Assembly: GCA_965112735.1 (NCBI GenBank)
Contig: OZ218953.1
Coordinates: 992,001-1,056,000 of the forward strand
From: Phaeosaccion multiseriatum
Taxonomy: Eukaryota; Protista; Ochrophyta, other classes
Direction: 5' to 3'
Length of the DNA: 64,000 bases
Shown here: positions 1 to 13,860 of the stretch, in pieces
Layout: each line of letters opens with the position of its first letter
Position numbering within the stretch: position 1 is the stretch's first letter
Notes under the pieces: generated by a model
What the model saw: the letters and a program-made list of their open reading frames with translations, nothing else
What the model was told of the DNA's origin: nothing
Database searches by the model: none
Program-made: the position numbers and the translations under genes

Positions 1-153
1 CACAAATACACCCACACCCACATACACACATACACACCCACTCACCCACCCACACACCCACACACACCCATACACATGCCCCACCCCCACACACCCATTC
101 ATAACAAACTAAACAAACCAACTTACCTAACTACCCACCTATCCACTCAACAG

Positions 154-3100
154 GTGTGCTGCACACTGCATCAAGCTCTCGCCATCACTCCCCGCGAGCG
201 CTTCGATGAAAGCTCCAAGCGAGTCTACGCCACTCTCGCCTACGTCATTACAAGGCAAGGCATCTCTCTGCGAGAGGTCCAGGCAGCAAGGAGGGCAGTC
301 TTGGGAGAGGCGGCGAGAGCGGTGGGGCAGAGTCAGATCACAGCGGGCGACGACGATGTGGAGGAGCAACTCGCAACGTTGCGTCTCTGGCGGCAGATCC
401 CCGCCTTTCACTGCCATCCTTCTGCGCCGGATGGCAGTGGAAGTGCACGTGGTGCTGATGGTGATGAGGATTGTGCGTTGCTGCAGGCCTTGGCCATGAC
501 CGGGGGAAGTAGAGCAGTTGGTGCTGCGGCAGGAGGGGCAGGAGGCCAAGCCAAGGGGGAGGAGGAGGAGGAGGAGGAGGAGGAGGAGAATGGCAATGGT
601 CATCATGTGGACGAAGTGGACATGGTTCTCACACTTGGCGGCATGGCGAGCTCCAACCCTCTTGAAGCTTGGGCTACACTCACCAGCAGCGAGCACCAGT
701 GGCGCCATGCTCCTTCCTTCCCTCGGTGGGTGTGTAGCGTTGCAAGGGCCGCCCTTGTGCATGAGGAAGTGGATTCAGAGGAGGTGTTACGTTGGCTGAA
801 TTGGGTACCCGCGAGGTCAGTGGAAGGGGCCCAAGAAGGAGTAGCAGGAGCAGGAGGAGGAGGAGAGGGTGGAGGGGGGGGTGAGACGTCTGCACATGCT
901 GTGGTGCTATACCAGGTGTCGAGCTTAGGACCTTTGGTGTGCTTCGTGTTGCAGCGACAGGGGGCGCTGGGGGGCGGGGGGAGAGGGGGAGAGAAGGGGG
1001 GAGGGGTGGAGGGACTGTCCTATCTTCGACTTCCCTCCTCGAAGCAAGAGAATGGAGCCGGGGGTGGCGACACAGATGGCGACACAGATGAGGAGGAAGG
1101 GGAGGGAGAGGGGGAGGGAGGAGGGGATGGCAATGGACCAGGGTTGCCAGCCTTGTGGCCTTCTCCCGGGGGGGGCATATCTCCCGGGGGGGAGGAGACG
1201 GAACAGCTGCTGTGCTTAGCGGAGGTGGAGCTGATCATTGCCACAGCCAAGACCAGAAAGGCGCTCGCTCTGGCATCACAGATGGCGGAGGCGAGCAAGG
1301 CGAGGAAGGCGCAGCAGTTGGTGATACAACAACAACAGCAACATCAGCAGCAGCGGCAGCGGCAGCAGTCTGGTGCTGCCAACATATGGAGGCCTTGTGG
1401 CTTCACGGGACCCCACGCTGATCTTACAACGGTACTGGACGAGGCGGGAGAGGCGTATCAGGAGGAGGAGGCGGAGAACGATTTTGATGACTTGGACGAA
1501 GAGGCCTATCTACAGACCATAGACGACACTGGCTTGGACTGGCCAAGGCCTCTTACTGTAACACAAGAGGAGGAGGAGGAGAAGGAGGAGGAGGAGGAGG
1601 AGGAGGAGGAAGAAGAAGAGGAAGGAGGGGGAGAGGAAAGCGAGGGGAGGGAGGGCGGGCAGAACGGCCAACGAGAAGGAGAAGTAACCGAGCTGTGCCG
1701 GCTTGTGGAGGACTCATTCCAACACTTGGCTTGGGCGGCGGACCGGGCCAAGGCGGCAGGAGCATGGAGGATGGCACTGGATGCGTGTGGGGCGCTGTGG
1801 AATCTTGTAACGGCTCTGTGGCTCTCTCCGCAGCACTTTGGCGACCACGGTAAGGGAGCGGAGAACCAACGCATCAACCACGTATCAAGAGCGTCCGCCT
1901 TCGACTCCTCCTCTTCCTCCGGAGGGGGAGGGGGAGGGGGAGGGGGAGGGGAGGGGGAGGAGGACGGGGAAGGGACGGGTCCTTTCCGAGCCGGCGTGTT
2001 TTCAGCCGAGCATATTCGAGTGTATATGAAGGCTGCGGAGGCTCTGCTTGACACTGTGGAGGGGATGCAGAGGGGGCCAGAACAGATGCAGCAGTTGGTG
2101 ATACAGCAGCAGCAACAGGACCATACACTCAGCGCCAGCAGCCTGGGGGTGGTGTTCAGCAACACCGGCGGGGCAGGGGAGGGCCGGAGAGCGTCCGGTG
2201 GAGGAGGGGGAGGAGGAGGGGGGGGTGGAGGAACCGCTGATACAGGGGTAGACATGGACTGGGTACACCGTTTCGTGCTTTGGGGCTGCCAAGGCCTGGC
2301 TTGCTGTAGTCAATGGGGGATGCTGGTGCGCATGTGCGACAGGTTGGCGACTGTGAGCAGAGCAAGTGGCGGAATTGGTGGTACGGGGGCGGAGTACCCA
2401 GGCCACGTGGCTTACCCCTTGGCGGTGTTTGCGCAAAGCCGAAGGTGCGGGGCGGCCGCCAAGCTCCTGCGCAGTCGACAAACCGCCCTCAGTCAAATGG
2501 ACAGGGATTTCCACGCAGCAGAGGCCAAGAAGAGGTGGGTAGTGGACGAGAGTTCGCCAGTGGGTAGTAAGTCAATGGGTGGGAGGTGGAGTAGGTGGAG
2601 TAGGTGAGGTGAGTGTTGTCAAGTCCGACTCGAGTGGAATTTGAGTGTGGGCGTGTGCGTGCGTGTGCGTGTGTGTGTGGGTGTGTGGGTACGTGTGTGA
2701 GTGTGTATCTGTGTGTGCGTGTGTGTGAGTGTGTGAGTGTGTGTGTGAGTGTGTGTGTGCGTGTGTGTGTGTATGTGTGTGTGCGCGTGCGTGTGTGTGT
2801 ACATGTGTGTGCGTACGTGCGTGTCTGTGGATGTGTGGATGCGTGTGTGTGCGGATATGTGCGTGTATGTATGCGTATGTGTTGTGTCTGTGGATGTGTG
2901 GATGCGTGTGTGTGCGGATATGTGCGTGTATGTATGCGTATGTGTTGTGTCTGTGGATGTGTGGATGCGTGTGTGTGCGGATATGTGCGTGTATGTATGC
3001 GTATGTGTTGTGTCTGTGGATGTGTGGATGCGCGACCCCCGGTGACAAGCGACCTCTTCACACCAAGACTGAAAAGGCCTCCCCCCTCCCCTCCCCTCCC

Positions 3101-6016
3101 CATCCACTGCCACCCCCTCCATCCCGTCCCTTTATGCCCAGGAAGCGCAAAGTGCGTCGTGTGGTGGAGACCAAGAGCAAGAGCGAGATGATGCACGAGC
3201 AAGCCCGTCAACCCCTCGTCAGTCGAGTGGGGGACGCACAGGCGAGGGTAGAAACCACGGAACATGGACTCGGAAGCTTGGTCAAGGCGAGAGATTCCTT
3301 CTTCAAGACCAAGAAGATCGCACAGCGCCAGGTATGTGTTTGTATGTATGTATGTGTGTGTGCGTGTGTGTGCGTGTGCGTGCGTGTGTGTGTACGTATG
3401 TGTCCCTACCTTAGGGGGATGTGCCCCTACGTAAGGGGGGAGAGGAGAGGTGAAAGGCAACTTCTTTACGCCCCTCTCACCTACTCGTTCCCATATTCCC
3501 CCACGATATGCAACACCCATACCCACGCCCCCTTCACTCTATTCATGCCGTAAGGTCGCATCCCCCCCCCCCCTCCTCCTCCTCCTCCTCCTCCTCCTCC
3601 TCCTCCTCCTCCTCCTCCTCCTCCTCCTCTCCAGCTGGACGACGCTCGAGGTGCGCTAGCGGAGTACCTACTGCTCTGTGCTAAGCAAAGGGAGAGGCCA
3701 CACCAGAAGGACATGGTGTGTGTGTGTGCGTGTGTGTGTGTGAGTGTGGGCGTGTGTGCGTGTGTGCTTGCGTGTGGGCTTGCTTGCTTGCGTGTGTGTG
3801 TGTGCGTATATGATATCTGTATATGATAAGAGAGAGCGAGAGAGACGAACCCCAAAGCCCTCTTGATTGACACTCCCCCTCCCCCCCTCCCCCCCTCCTC
3901 CTTCCCTACTCCCCCACTACCCACCCACCTCCCTCCTCCAGCGCCTCAACCTGGTCAAGTCCGAGAAGCTTCTCACGTCCACGTATGGCAAGGCCATCGC
4001 CCTCCTCCGCGAGAAGCGAGAGAGAGACCTTCTCGTGCAGGCTCTTGGAGACGTTGGTGATATTCACATGGTCGCCAATCGAGTGACGGAGGCAGAGGCG
4101 AGCTGGATGGACGCCGTGGATGCGGTGTTCAGCACGTTGGATGTAGTCGCCAAGTGGAGATCGATCTTCGCCGATATCAAGCAGCAGGCTGAGCAAGGGG
4201 CGGCTGATGGCACCGCTGCTGCTCCTGCTGCTGCTTCTGCTGGGCAAGACGGGTCAGGAGGAGGAGGAGGAGGAGGAGGAGGAGGAGGAGGAGGACGCAT
4301 AGGCGCACTGGCAGGGGCTTTGGGAGCGTGGGGCTGTTTGGCAGGGGCGACTCTCCTTGGCAAGATGTCGACGCACTGCTGCCAGGGGCGTCTCCACCGC
4401 CAAAGGGAGCTGTGCCTCATGGCGGCAGAGCTCGTCAGGGCACCTTTGGATGCCAGTCTGCCGCACCCCTTGAGGGCCTGTGATTATGCCACCTACACCC
4501 CGGAGCTGCTGTTGGCAGATGATGAGGGAAGTGGGGATGGCAATCGACGGCAGCGCTTCCTCAACGACAGAGTACTCTCCGCACCGGCCTTTGTCGCCTC
4601 GGCAGTGCACATTGTGGAGGTATTGGCGGAGGCGGGGGAGGGGTCCGGAGTGGGGGAAGGATGCATGAAGACGCTGGTGCAAGCCTTGCCCGTGCTGAGC
4701 GTGCTCGAGCATGTGTGTGCGTGCGCGTGTTTGGATCGGCGTCTCACGGCCGGGGTAAGGGTACTGCGGGTGCGAGTGTTGGGCGATTTAGGGCTCGCCT
4801 CGGCCGCCATGAGCATCCTTGCGGCGCTGCTGCAGGGGGGGGACTTGCCCTTTGCCCAAGGGGGGCAGGCAGGACCTTTGCTCGACGGGGGCAAGAAGGA
4901 CATGGAAAGGACCATGAGGAAGGAGGCGGGGTCCGTGTCTGTTGGTGACGGTGGCGATGGTGTATCACCAACCGGTGATGATAATGATGATGATGGTGGT
5001 GGTGGTGGTGGTGGTGGTGACGGTAAGCATCGGCTGAGCTTCTTCGGACTGCCTGCTTTCCACGAACACCTGCCGGCAGACGCGCCGCTGAACAAGGACG
5101 CGGTGGCTTGGCTGAGTGGGGAGAGGGGTGTGGAAGGGGAGGACGACAGTCAATCTGTCGGTGGCAGGAGCGGAGGAGGAGGAGGCGGCAAGAAGGGTGC
5201 TAAGGAGCCAGAGAAAGCGACAGGCAAGGGAGGTGCTGGTGCTGCCGCTGCTGCTGCCGCTGGTGGTGGTGGTGGTGGTGGTGGTGGAAAGGGGGGCAAG
5301 GGGAGCAAGGGGAAGGATCAGCACCAGCAGGACGGGGTCGACGAAGGAGACGACTCGAGCAGCAACAGCACCGCACTCGGCCGCAGCGCCGCTCTCATGG
5401 ACTTCGTGGCATTGAGCTCGAGGGGCCTGAGTCATGTGCGAGATGAGGTCGTTGACGTGTACGGGGAACAGGTGCTATGCTCACTCGTTCTCACCAGGGC
5501 TCAGCTTATCCTCCGCTTCGCCGAGACCGACGTCATGCCCTCCGTCGAGGGAGGAGAGGGAGGAAGAGGAGGAGGAAAGGGAGGCGACCCCACATGGGGG
5601 GGAGTGTGGGACGTTTCCCTTCAGAAGAGGCTCCGGATGGCAGCGGATGGCATGCTGGCGGAGGTACAAGCCGCCATGATGAAGAGAATGTCCCCCCTGC
5701 CCACTAAGCAGCAGCGAAGGGGCAAGCAACAAGAAGAAGCACAAGGAGAAGGAGGAGGAACAGATGCCGCAAACGACACCCTCAGTGTTCTCAGTGGGCA
5801 GGTCACCTCCACGTCCAGCTCCAGCTCGTCGTCGCCCGCCTGTGACGCGTGGGTGGTGCGCTGCTTCGTGCTTAGTCTGCACCTGCGCGCCCGCCTCTGC
5901 CTGCAGTGGGGCAAGTACAGAGTGGCCAGACATCACGCCTCCCGCGGCTTGGCTGCCCTCCTCGCACATGGGGTAGAGACGGCACCTCACGGTGAAGGTC
6001 ACGGTGATGATGATGG

Positions 6017-6064
<48 letters not shown>

Positions 6065-8084
6065 CGACGATGACTATGTCCCCACGGGTGGGGGTGGCAG
6101 GACAGATGGCGACGGCCCTGGCACCAAGAACCGCCGGGCCTCGTTCGAATCAAGCACCACTAAGCAGCAGCAGTTGGTGATACAGCAGCAGCAGCCTGCC
6201 CCTGTGATGGCAGATCCCTCTGCCCAGCCGTGGCAGCGGGCCGCTCTGTGGCTGCGCTGTCGTCAGGACCTTGCGCAGTGTGCATTGCTGCAGGGCAGGT
6301 GAGTGAGTGAGTGAGTGAGTGAGTAAGTGAGGGATAGCAGTGGATGGAGCCTTCAGCAGCTTTTTTTCCCTTTCCGTTCCGTTCCTTCGCTTTGCTGCGT
6401 CCGTCCGTCCGTCCGTCCGTCCGTTCTGAACAAAGGAAGCTCATCTCCTCCTCCCACTCCTCCTCCTCCTCCTCCTCCTCCTCCTCCTCCTCCCCCACCC
6501 CCGCCATCCACTACCATCCACTGCCATCCTCTGCCACCCACCCACCCGACTCTACCAGAACGGACGACGCCCTGGTCCAATGCGAGCGAGGCATCGCCGA
6601 GGCCAAGCGCTGCGGCGAGTCAAGCATCTGCAGAGAGCTTCTTAAGCTCAAGGCATCTGCCTGGCTGGCCAAGGGGGGACTCCGAGAGGGGATGATGGAG
6701 CTTAGAGAACTTGCTCTAGGGTATGTGGGTCAGCATTCCAACCACGGAAATCTGGGGTACTGTGAGGTGCTGAGGTCAATGGGAGTGGCGCTTCAGAGTA
6801 TGGCGCTGGCGACGACGCCGGAGGAGGCGCTGGTCTTGTTGAGAGAGGCCTTTGCTCTGCTGACGGAGGCAGATCGAGGCTTGAGGTGCACGGCACTGCA
6901 GCAGCTGGGCTGGATCGGGCTCTCTCCGCTGACGTTTGAGGCGGTGGGGTCGAATGTTATGGGGGGGGAGGATGATAGCAACCCTAGCAGCGACAGCAGC
7001 GGAGGAGGAGAGGGAGGGCAGCCGGCCTTTCTGCACGCCCTTCGATCCGACTTTGCCCAGGTGCTTGAGCAACAGAAGCAGCAGTCATATGGGCGGGGCA
7101 GTAGTCAGCAGTCATATGGGCGGGGAAGTAGTGCCGCCGCCGCCGCTGCTGCTGCTGCTGCCACTGCTGCCGTGGACGTGTGCGACGTGACGGCTCCGAC
7201 GGCGGTGGGCAATCTCTACCTCCGACCCGTTAAGGCCATGCTGGGCATTCGCTGCCTTCTTTTGCGCCTCACAGTAGGGCTGGGAGTGCACAATAGAGAC
7301 AACGCGCTGCTGCAGATAGGAGGAGGGGGGGGAGGAGGAGGAGGAGGCCGGAGCAGCAGCACAGGACAGGGTTGGCTGGAAGATGCGATTGTTTTCGGCG
7401 AAGAGACCCTGGCTCTGATGCGCCATGTCAGCCATACCCACGCCGTCCTGCGCGTGCAGACCTTCCTCTCGTTGGGGCAGCTGAGGCTAAGGAAAGCCAT
7501 GGTGTCGGGTGAGTGGGGCAGGAGGGGCTACAACCTCGCTCGGGCCCACTCGGCGCTTCGAAGCTCCCTCACGCTTGGGTTTTGGAGGGGGGGGCATGAT
7601 CGAAAGCTGATGCGAGAAGCCTGTATGGGGTTGGCGCAGCTACACGGCCTGCCCACTCTAGGGAGAGGAGGAGGAGGAGGAGGAGGAGGAGGAGAAGGAG
7701 GCGAGGTGGAGCAGCAGGAGGTGCAGGAGGAGGCGCTGCGATGTGCGCACTATGTGACACTGGCGTCTGTGTTGGGTGCGCGACGCACAACGCTGCTCGA
7801 GAAGTTCACACAAGTGTGCCAGGGGGAGCTGCCGGCAGGTGAGTGAGTGAGGGGGAGGGGGAGGGAGGGAGGGAGGGAGGGAGGGAGGAAGGGAGGGAGG
7901 CTTTCAGCCTCTGAGTCCCCTACTTCTCCTCCTGTGTCTTCTGGTGTTGATCTTGTCTTCCCTCCGATCCTGAATGTATCTGCTTCTGCGTGTGCTTCCT
8001 CCCTCCTTTCTCTCTTCGTTGGACACCTCCCTCCCCCCTCTCGCACACGCACACACGCACACACACACACACAACACACACGCA

Positions 8085-8127
<43 letters not shown>

Positions 8128-9301
8128 CACACACACACTCACAGCCGTTCTGGAGGGGCTTCCTCGAGGTGTGCTCGACGAGCTCAGCGGCGCCCACACG
8201 CGCAGCGAAGGCGACGACACAAACGCACTCTCGCTCCGGAGCCTTCTTCGCTTCTACCTGTCCAAAATGATGGATCGCTCCCTTCCGGACGATCACAGCC
8301 AGGCTGCCCAGACCACAGTCTGTCAGCTGCACTGCTTGCTGTACCAGCACCATGCCGCGTATCGCGAGAAGTGCTGCCTGTCCATTGATGAGCTCACTCG
8401 TTTTGAGGGGCCTCCTTTGTCGTCGTCATCTGCATCATCACCGGAGTCGAAGGATCGTCCCTCTTCCGAGCAGGAGGGAGGAGGAGGAGGAGGAGGGGGG
8501 GATGCTTCCAAGCGCTATGCTGAGTTGGTGCCGGCCGATCGCGTGTGCGTGCAGTGGCTGTCCAACAGCCTGGCGGACGGGGGGGGGGCAGGGGCAGCAG
8601 TTGGTGATACAGCCGCACCCGGAGGAGGCGGCCTGCATCCATCAGGACAGTTGGTACTTCTGGTTGGGCCCTGCAGCAGCGCTGAAGCCCCTGTAGCAGC
8701 CGAAGTTGGCAAGGGAGGAGGAGCGGCCTCGAGCAAGCAAAGCGCCGCCGCAGCCACAGCAGCAGCCACAGCAGCAGCCGCAGCAGCGTCAAGAAGAAGC
8801 AGTAGCGACAATCCAGCGCTCCTCCTCCCTCACCTCAGCCAGCGGGAGGTCTCACGCTTCGTGGCTGCGGATCTGTGCGGAAGGGCCGCGCAGCTCCGCT
8901 TCCTGCTGGACAAGTTGGAGAAGAGTAAGCTGAGTAATCAGACGGGCACCGGCACCTCCTCCGCCGCCTCCACGGCCACCGCCGCCCACGTCATGCCGGC
9001 ATTGGAGAGGCGGTTTCGCTCCCTACTCTTGGCTCTGGTGGCTGCGCTGGCCCCGCCCACCCGTACAAGCAGTGGGCAGGGCCAGCAGTTGGTGATACAG
9101 GAGAAGCCTGGCCTTGATCCACGTGAGGCTTTGCTGAGGGAGGAGGTGGGAAAGGTGCCGTTCGACCTTGGCACACTGGAAACCCTTCAGTTGCTCACCA
9201 ATGCGGCGGGGGACGGGGGCGTCTGCGTGGACCATGCGCAGCTTTGCCGCCTTCTCCGCCTGTCGTTGATGGGAGAGGGAGCGAGCCGTAGCAGCAGCAG
9301 C

Positions 9302-9335
<34 letters not shown>

Positions 9336-9349
9336 CCGTTGCTGGGTAG
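154..9349 (+). CDS. CFAP54: Cilia- and flagella-associated protein 54 (central-pair C1d component), 5'-truncated by the window; exons approx. 154-2534, 3142-3331, 3635-3715, 3942-6298, 6559-7838, 8145-9349
   Basis: GT-AG introns give a continuous frame. The segments 'LTSTYGKAIALLREKRERDLLVQALGDVGDIH..SWMDAVDAVF' and 'GAWGCLAGATLLGK..CLMAAELVRAPLDASLPHP.RACDYATY' match my recollection of CFAP54 blocks (..ALHELGNL..; GIWGCL.GA..SLPHP..DY). Many Gly/Glu/Gln low-complexity inserts. Confidence 0.8.
2821..3032. repeat. 63-bp GT-rich minisatellite, ~3.3 copies, in a CFAP54 intron
   Basis: Unit starts at 2821, 2884, 2947 and 3010. Confidence 0.9.
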
Positions 9350-9354
9350 GTTCT

Positions 9355-9360
9355 AATAAA
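9355..9360 (+). promoter_or_regulatory. Possible polyadenylation signal AATAAA just after the CFAP54 stop
   Basis: AATAAA begins 6 nt after TAG at 9349 in otherwise GC-rich DNA; functional use unproven. Confidence 0.3.
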
Positions 9361-10884
9361 TGAACAGTGTCAAATGATGTACTAGCTGCGAAGCGGAAGA
9401 AGAGTGGTCAGGCAGCAGCGTTGCTCTCTTCGGATCCTCACTGGCTGCGGAAAGTTTCGCCGTTAGTCTTCGCAACCCGCCCCCCCCCCCTCCAGCCGCC
9501 GAGCGGCCCCTCCCTCCTACACACACACCCTGCTACAAATAAGCCATGACGCCTTTCGTTTGGGTTGACATTGGCGAGGCAAACTGAAGCTGGAACTGAA
9601 ACTGACTTGCTCTGGGTGTGCATCGACGCAGGGCCAAGAGTCATTCAGTCCCTCCACTCCATATTCACGGCCTCACATCGCACAGCACACCCGGTCTTGA
9701 CTACAGTTTGTCCACATGCCCTTCCGCACTTTCTCCACATGCAGTCTATGCTTGGTGTTCACCTTCGCCCCAATGTACCAGTGCGCCCAGTATCTTCGTG
9801 TTCATTTGAGGCACCATTTGAGCTGCCTCCACGTCCTTACCATTTGCCAAGGAGGTGAAGTCGGGGTCATCGAGGAGTGCAGTGGCCACAAATGACTCAC
9901 CGCGAATCTTCAAGACTCTTGACGCAAAGGAGCCTTGGCAGGCTTCGGGGTACATGGTTGTGACGACCTTGTAGATGTCGCCATCGGTGCATGGGCGCGG
10001 AGCAGCCGCTGAAGGAGGACCTGTCCCCGGTGTCCAGTTACGACCCCGTCCCTTTCCGCTCTTCTTTCGACCCCTCCCTCATCGAGGACGTCCTTGCCCT
10101 TCACGGCCTCAACTCCGTACTCAACGGGCTGGTAGGGGGGGTCATGTACGAGACAGATCTGAGTGGCGGTGATTAATTAGCGCCACTATCAGCCCAGTCC
10201 TGAGCAAAATGTAGTGGCCCCAGTCCTAAGCAATCCCCCGGGGGTTTTCCTGATCCCGCGTTTTCCTCTCTCTCAGATACAAAGGACACCTTTGAATACC
10301 TCCATCCTTTGTGTTTGCTAGAGGGAGGAGAGGGTAGAGAGCAGTAGAGGAAGCAGGAGCAGTAGCAGCAGCAGGTGCCGTACAGTGTGTAGAGGCAAGG
10401 GGGGTGGGCAGGGCTGGGATTAGCTGTCGATCTTCTTTCAACCGAGACTGATTTGGGTTGGTTCCGCACTTGTCCGAGAGACTTAGCGTGCTTCCTTGCT
10501 TGCGAGTGTGCTTTGTCTGTGATGAAGACCTATTTACTGGTGGTCGTGCTGGCTTGCTGGCGATGTGTGGGCGCAGCTTTGACGTCATGCCGTGAGGAGC
10601 GGAGGCGGGGGGGAGATTGAGCGGGAACATGCATGGGAGGCGGAGCAATCGCCTTCCCTTCGCCCTCCCCCCCCCCTTAAGGACTTTCGGACCTTGTACT
10701 CTCTCTTCAATCCACTCTCTGGCTGTGGCACTGCGATAACCCACCCAACCTATCTGCCCTAACACTACTTCCCACTCCGTCACGTTGCCACCCCTTGCCA
10801 TACACTCCAGAAGAAGACAGGGGCCGAGACCTTCCTCTCCACTCTCCACTCAAGACAAGTTCGTTTGTAGGCAGGTGCCGAACC

Positions 10885-11634
10885 ATGGCTTCAATGGCGC
10901 AAGAGCAGCAACAGTTGGGGATCGTGCGCGAGAGCCCTGCCGACAAGAGCAAGGCCACCTCCGCCACAGCCAGGCAGCTGGACCTCGACACTCCAGCGGA
11001 GGAGGAGGAGGAACAGGAGGTACGCGAATCAATCGTTAGTTTATGCCTCTCTCTGCGCAAGCCTATTGCGTACTGTCAGAGGTCGAGCTTGCGCAACGTC
11101 GGCTTGCTTAAATTGAGAGGAGGAGCCGAACGTACTGACGTGTTGCCCTTCCCTTCTCCCCCGCAATACACTACACACCACAGTCCTTCATCGTTGTCCA
11201 AGAACTTGCCAATCACGGCATAGGGCAGGCGGACATTACCAAGCTCGTGGAAGCGGGAGTCAACACTATCGGCTGCATTCTGTCCCAGCCGAAGAAGCTG
11301 CTGCTGGCCATTCGCGGCTTCAGCGACGCGAAGGTCGACAAGATCATCAAGTGCGTGTGTGCAGCGCGCAAAGACGAGGAGAACTACAAGCCTGTCAGCT
11401 CTCTTTTGCTTGCTCACTTACTCGCTTACTCACACTCACCTACTCACTCACTTACTCCCCCACCCCACCCCCCGGAATGCTCCCCTACCCCTGTTCGCCC
11501 CACTCGCCCCTCCCTAGCGTCGCGAAGAAGCTCGACCACAGGTGAGAGCTGAGCCACCTCCTGCCAATCACTTCACCAACACCATCACGGTTGGCGACAC
11601 TGGAGCACTCGTGCTGGAGTACTGAGTAAGACGT

Positions 11635-11693
<59 letters not shown>

Positions 11694-13860
11694 CCCTGCC
11701 TGTCTGCCTGCCTGTCTACCTGCCTGCCCGCAGTGGAGTGGGCATTTTCCGGACCGCTCTCGAGATCAGCGCCGCCCGAGACAAAGTCATCAAGGTGTCC
11801 ACGGGCTCCAAGGCGCTGGACGCCATCCTCGGGGGGGGGGTTGAGACAGGATCCATCACGGAGCTGGTACGTAAAGCGGGCTGCGAGGTCTGTTTCTTGT
11901 TCATTTAACCTTGCTCGCCTGCATGCTTGGGTGGTGGAGCGGGCCATGCTTCCTGCTTCTTCTACCCGGCCCTTGTCCAACCCTCATCGCGCTGTCCTCT
12001 GTCTTTGTTGGTTTGCCCCCCCATTGCTTGCTTTACCGTGGCCACCTATAGTTCGGCGAGTTCCGCACCGGCAAGACTCAGCTCTGCCACACCCTCTGCG
12101 TCACCAGCCAGCTGGGCAGAGACCTGGGAGGAGCTGAGGTGGGAGGACTGAGAGTGGGGGGGAAGAGACCGAGTTAGCCTAGCCAAATGGAGTCAGCCAG
12201 CCCACAGCTGGTCAAGCCCCTCTCCCCCTATATAAGGGCGTCAGTGAGTCTAACATTGATCCCTTCTCTCCCCTTTTGCGGTGGTACCCCAGGGTCGAAG
12301 TGTCTACATCGACACGGAAGGCAACTTCCGACCCGAGCGCGTCGCCGCCGTCGCCAAACGCTTTGGTCTCTCCGTGGATGACACGCTCGATAACGTGCTA
12401 CACACACGAGTGCAGACACACGAGCAGCAGATGGAGGTGGTCAAGGAGGTAAGTAGTCTCAGTCACTCGAGGGGAGCGAGCGAAGGCATTGCTCAAGGCA
12501 GGGTGTGGAGCATGGCAAAGAAGAAAGAGAGTCGAGTCGAGTCTAGTGAATGTATGTTATGCCCTGACAATTATCTCCCTTATTAATTGTGTGCTCCTTC
12601 GGTGCAGGTCGCGGCGTTGGCCACCACGTCGGGCCCGATTCACGTCGTGATCGTTGATTCCGTCATCTCAAAGTTTCGCACTGGTGAGTGAAGGTCGGGC
12701 TACCGTTGCACCTCTCTCACCCGCGGCTCTTTGGTAGGGTGCTTTTTTCGCTCCTTCACCCTCGCTCATTTTCGCTGTTCGCGTGGCTTAAATCGCCCCA
12801 TCGCCCTCTCTCACTCTTTGCTCGAGCGGCTGAACGCGATGCTTTGCCCTCGCTCGCTCGCTGCTCGTGCGGCTGACCTCGCTCTCGCTACACCCCCATG
12901 CCATACGCCACTTTCAACTTCCCCTTAAATCAAGAGTTCTGTGGCCGAGGAGAGCTCTCGGAGCGGCAGCAGAAGCTCGGGCGGCACATGAGCCAGCTCA
13001 CGCAGGTGTGTACATACACTGGATACACTGGACGGTCGCACATCTCGCCCAAGGACGTGGCTCGCGGCTCGTTGTCACTTCCATCCACTCCCATCCTTGA
13101 GCAATGCATGCTGATTGTCATCGCCCACATTCAGCGCACATGGCCCTCTGACCCACACCCACGCGCCCGTTCTTGCTTCTTCGCTCTTCCTGTGGCTCGC
13201 AGCTCGCGGAGGAGTTCAACATCGCCGTCGTCATCTGCAACCAAGGTGCCTGGCTACGCCAACCCCGCTTCCCTCTCGCCTTCGATGTGCCTGGTGCCAC
13301 ACCACCAACTGTGACTAACGGCCCTTCCTCTCGTGGCGCCCATCCCTTGCCCTGCATGCCTTGTTCTGCCCCATGACATCGCACGTATGCACCCATCCAC
13401 GCGCGCACGCACGCACGCACCCACACGCCCACGCACCCCAGTCATGTCCGACCCCGGGGCCATGAGCATGTTCGTGACCGTGAAGCCTGTTGGCGGCCAC
13501 GTCATTGCTCACGCCTCTACCACGCGGGTACTGCTCAAGAAGGGCAAGGGGGACGAGAGAATCGCCCGCATCTTCGACTCGCCCTCCATGCCCGAGGCGG
13601 ATGCAACTTACGTGGTGAGTACTCTTGATCTCTTCTGTCTCATTGTTTCAAGAGGGGCGTGCCGAAGGTCGACAGAAGGGTTGCCCCATGTGAAGAAGGC
13701 AATTTGACACTCCGCCTCCTCTCTGGTCACGATCATTGCCCCCACCCTCCTCATGCACTGCCATCCACTGCCATCCATCCCTCCCCGGCCTATGTTTGGC
13801 CCTGATTGCTTGGTTGGGCCTACGCAGATCGGCGAAGGAGGCATCGCCGACGTTTCGTGA
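10885..13860 (+). CDS. DMC1: Meiotic recombinase DMC1 (RecA/Rad51 family); 11 exons: 10885-11019, 11184-11350, 11518-11541, 11734-11866, 12052-12138, 12293-12448, 12608-12683, 12935-13005, 13203-13245, 13442-13614, 13828-13860
   Basis: Spliced product contains [40 protein letters not shown] (Walker A), [18 protein letters not shown] (Walker B), [35 protein letters not shown] and [26 protein letters not shown] and GGH are DMC1-type rather than RAD51-type (ELSARQMHL, GGN). All intron phases are consistent. Confidence 0.9.

Noticed and set aside
4050-4064. GTTGGTGATA as a copy of the 15-mer
   Set aside because: Partial match inside a conserved CFAP54 block (GDVGDIH); likely coincidence
10885-13860. 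RAD51 assignment
   Set aside because: [13 protein letters not shown] and GGH motifs favour DMC1
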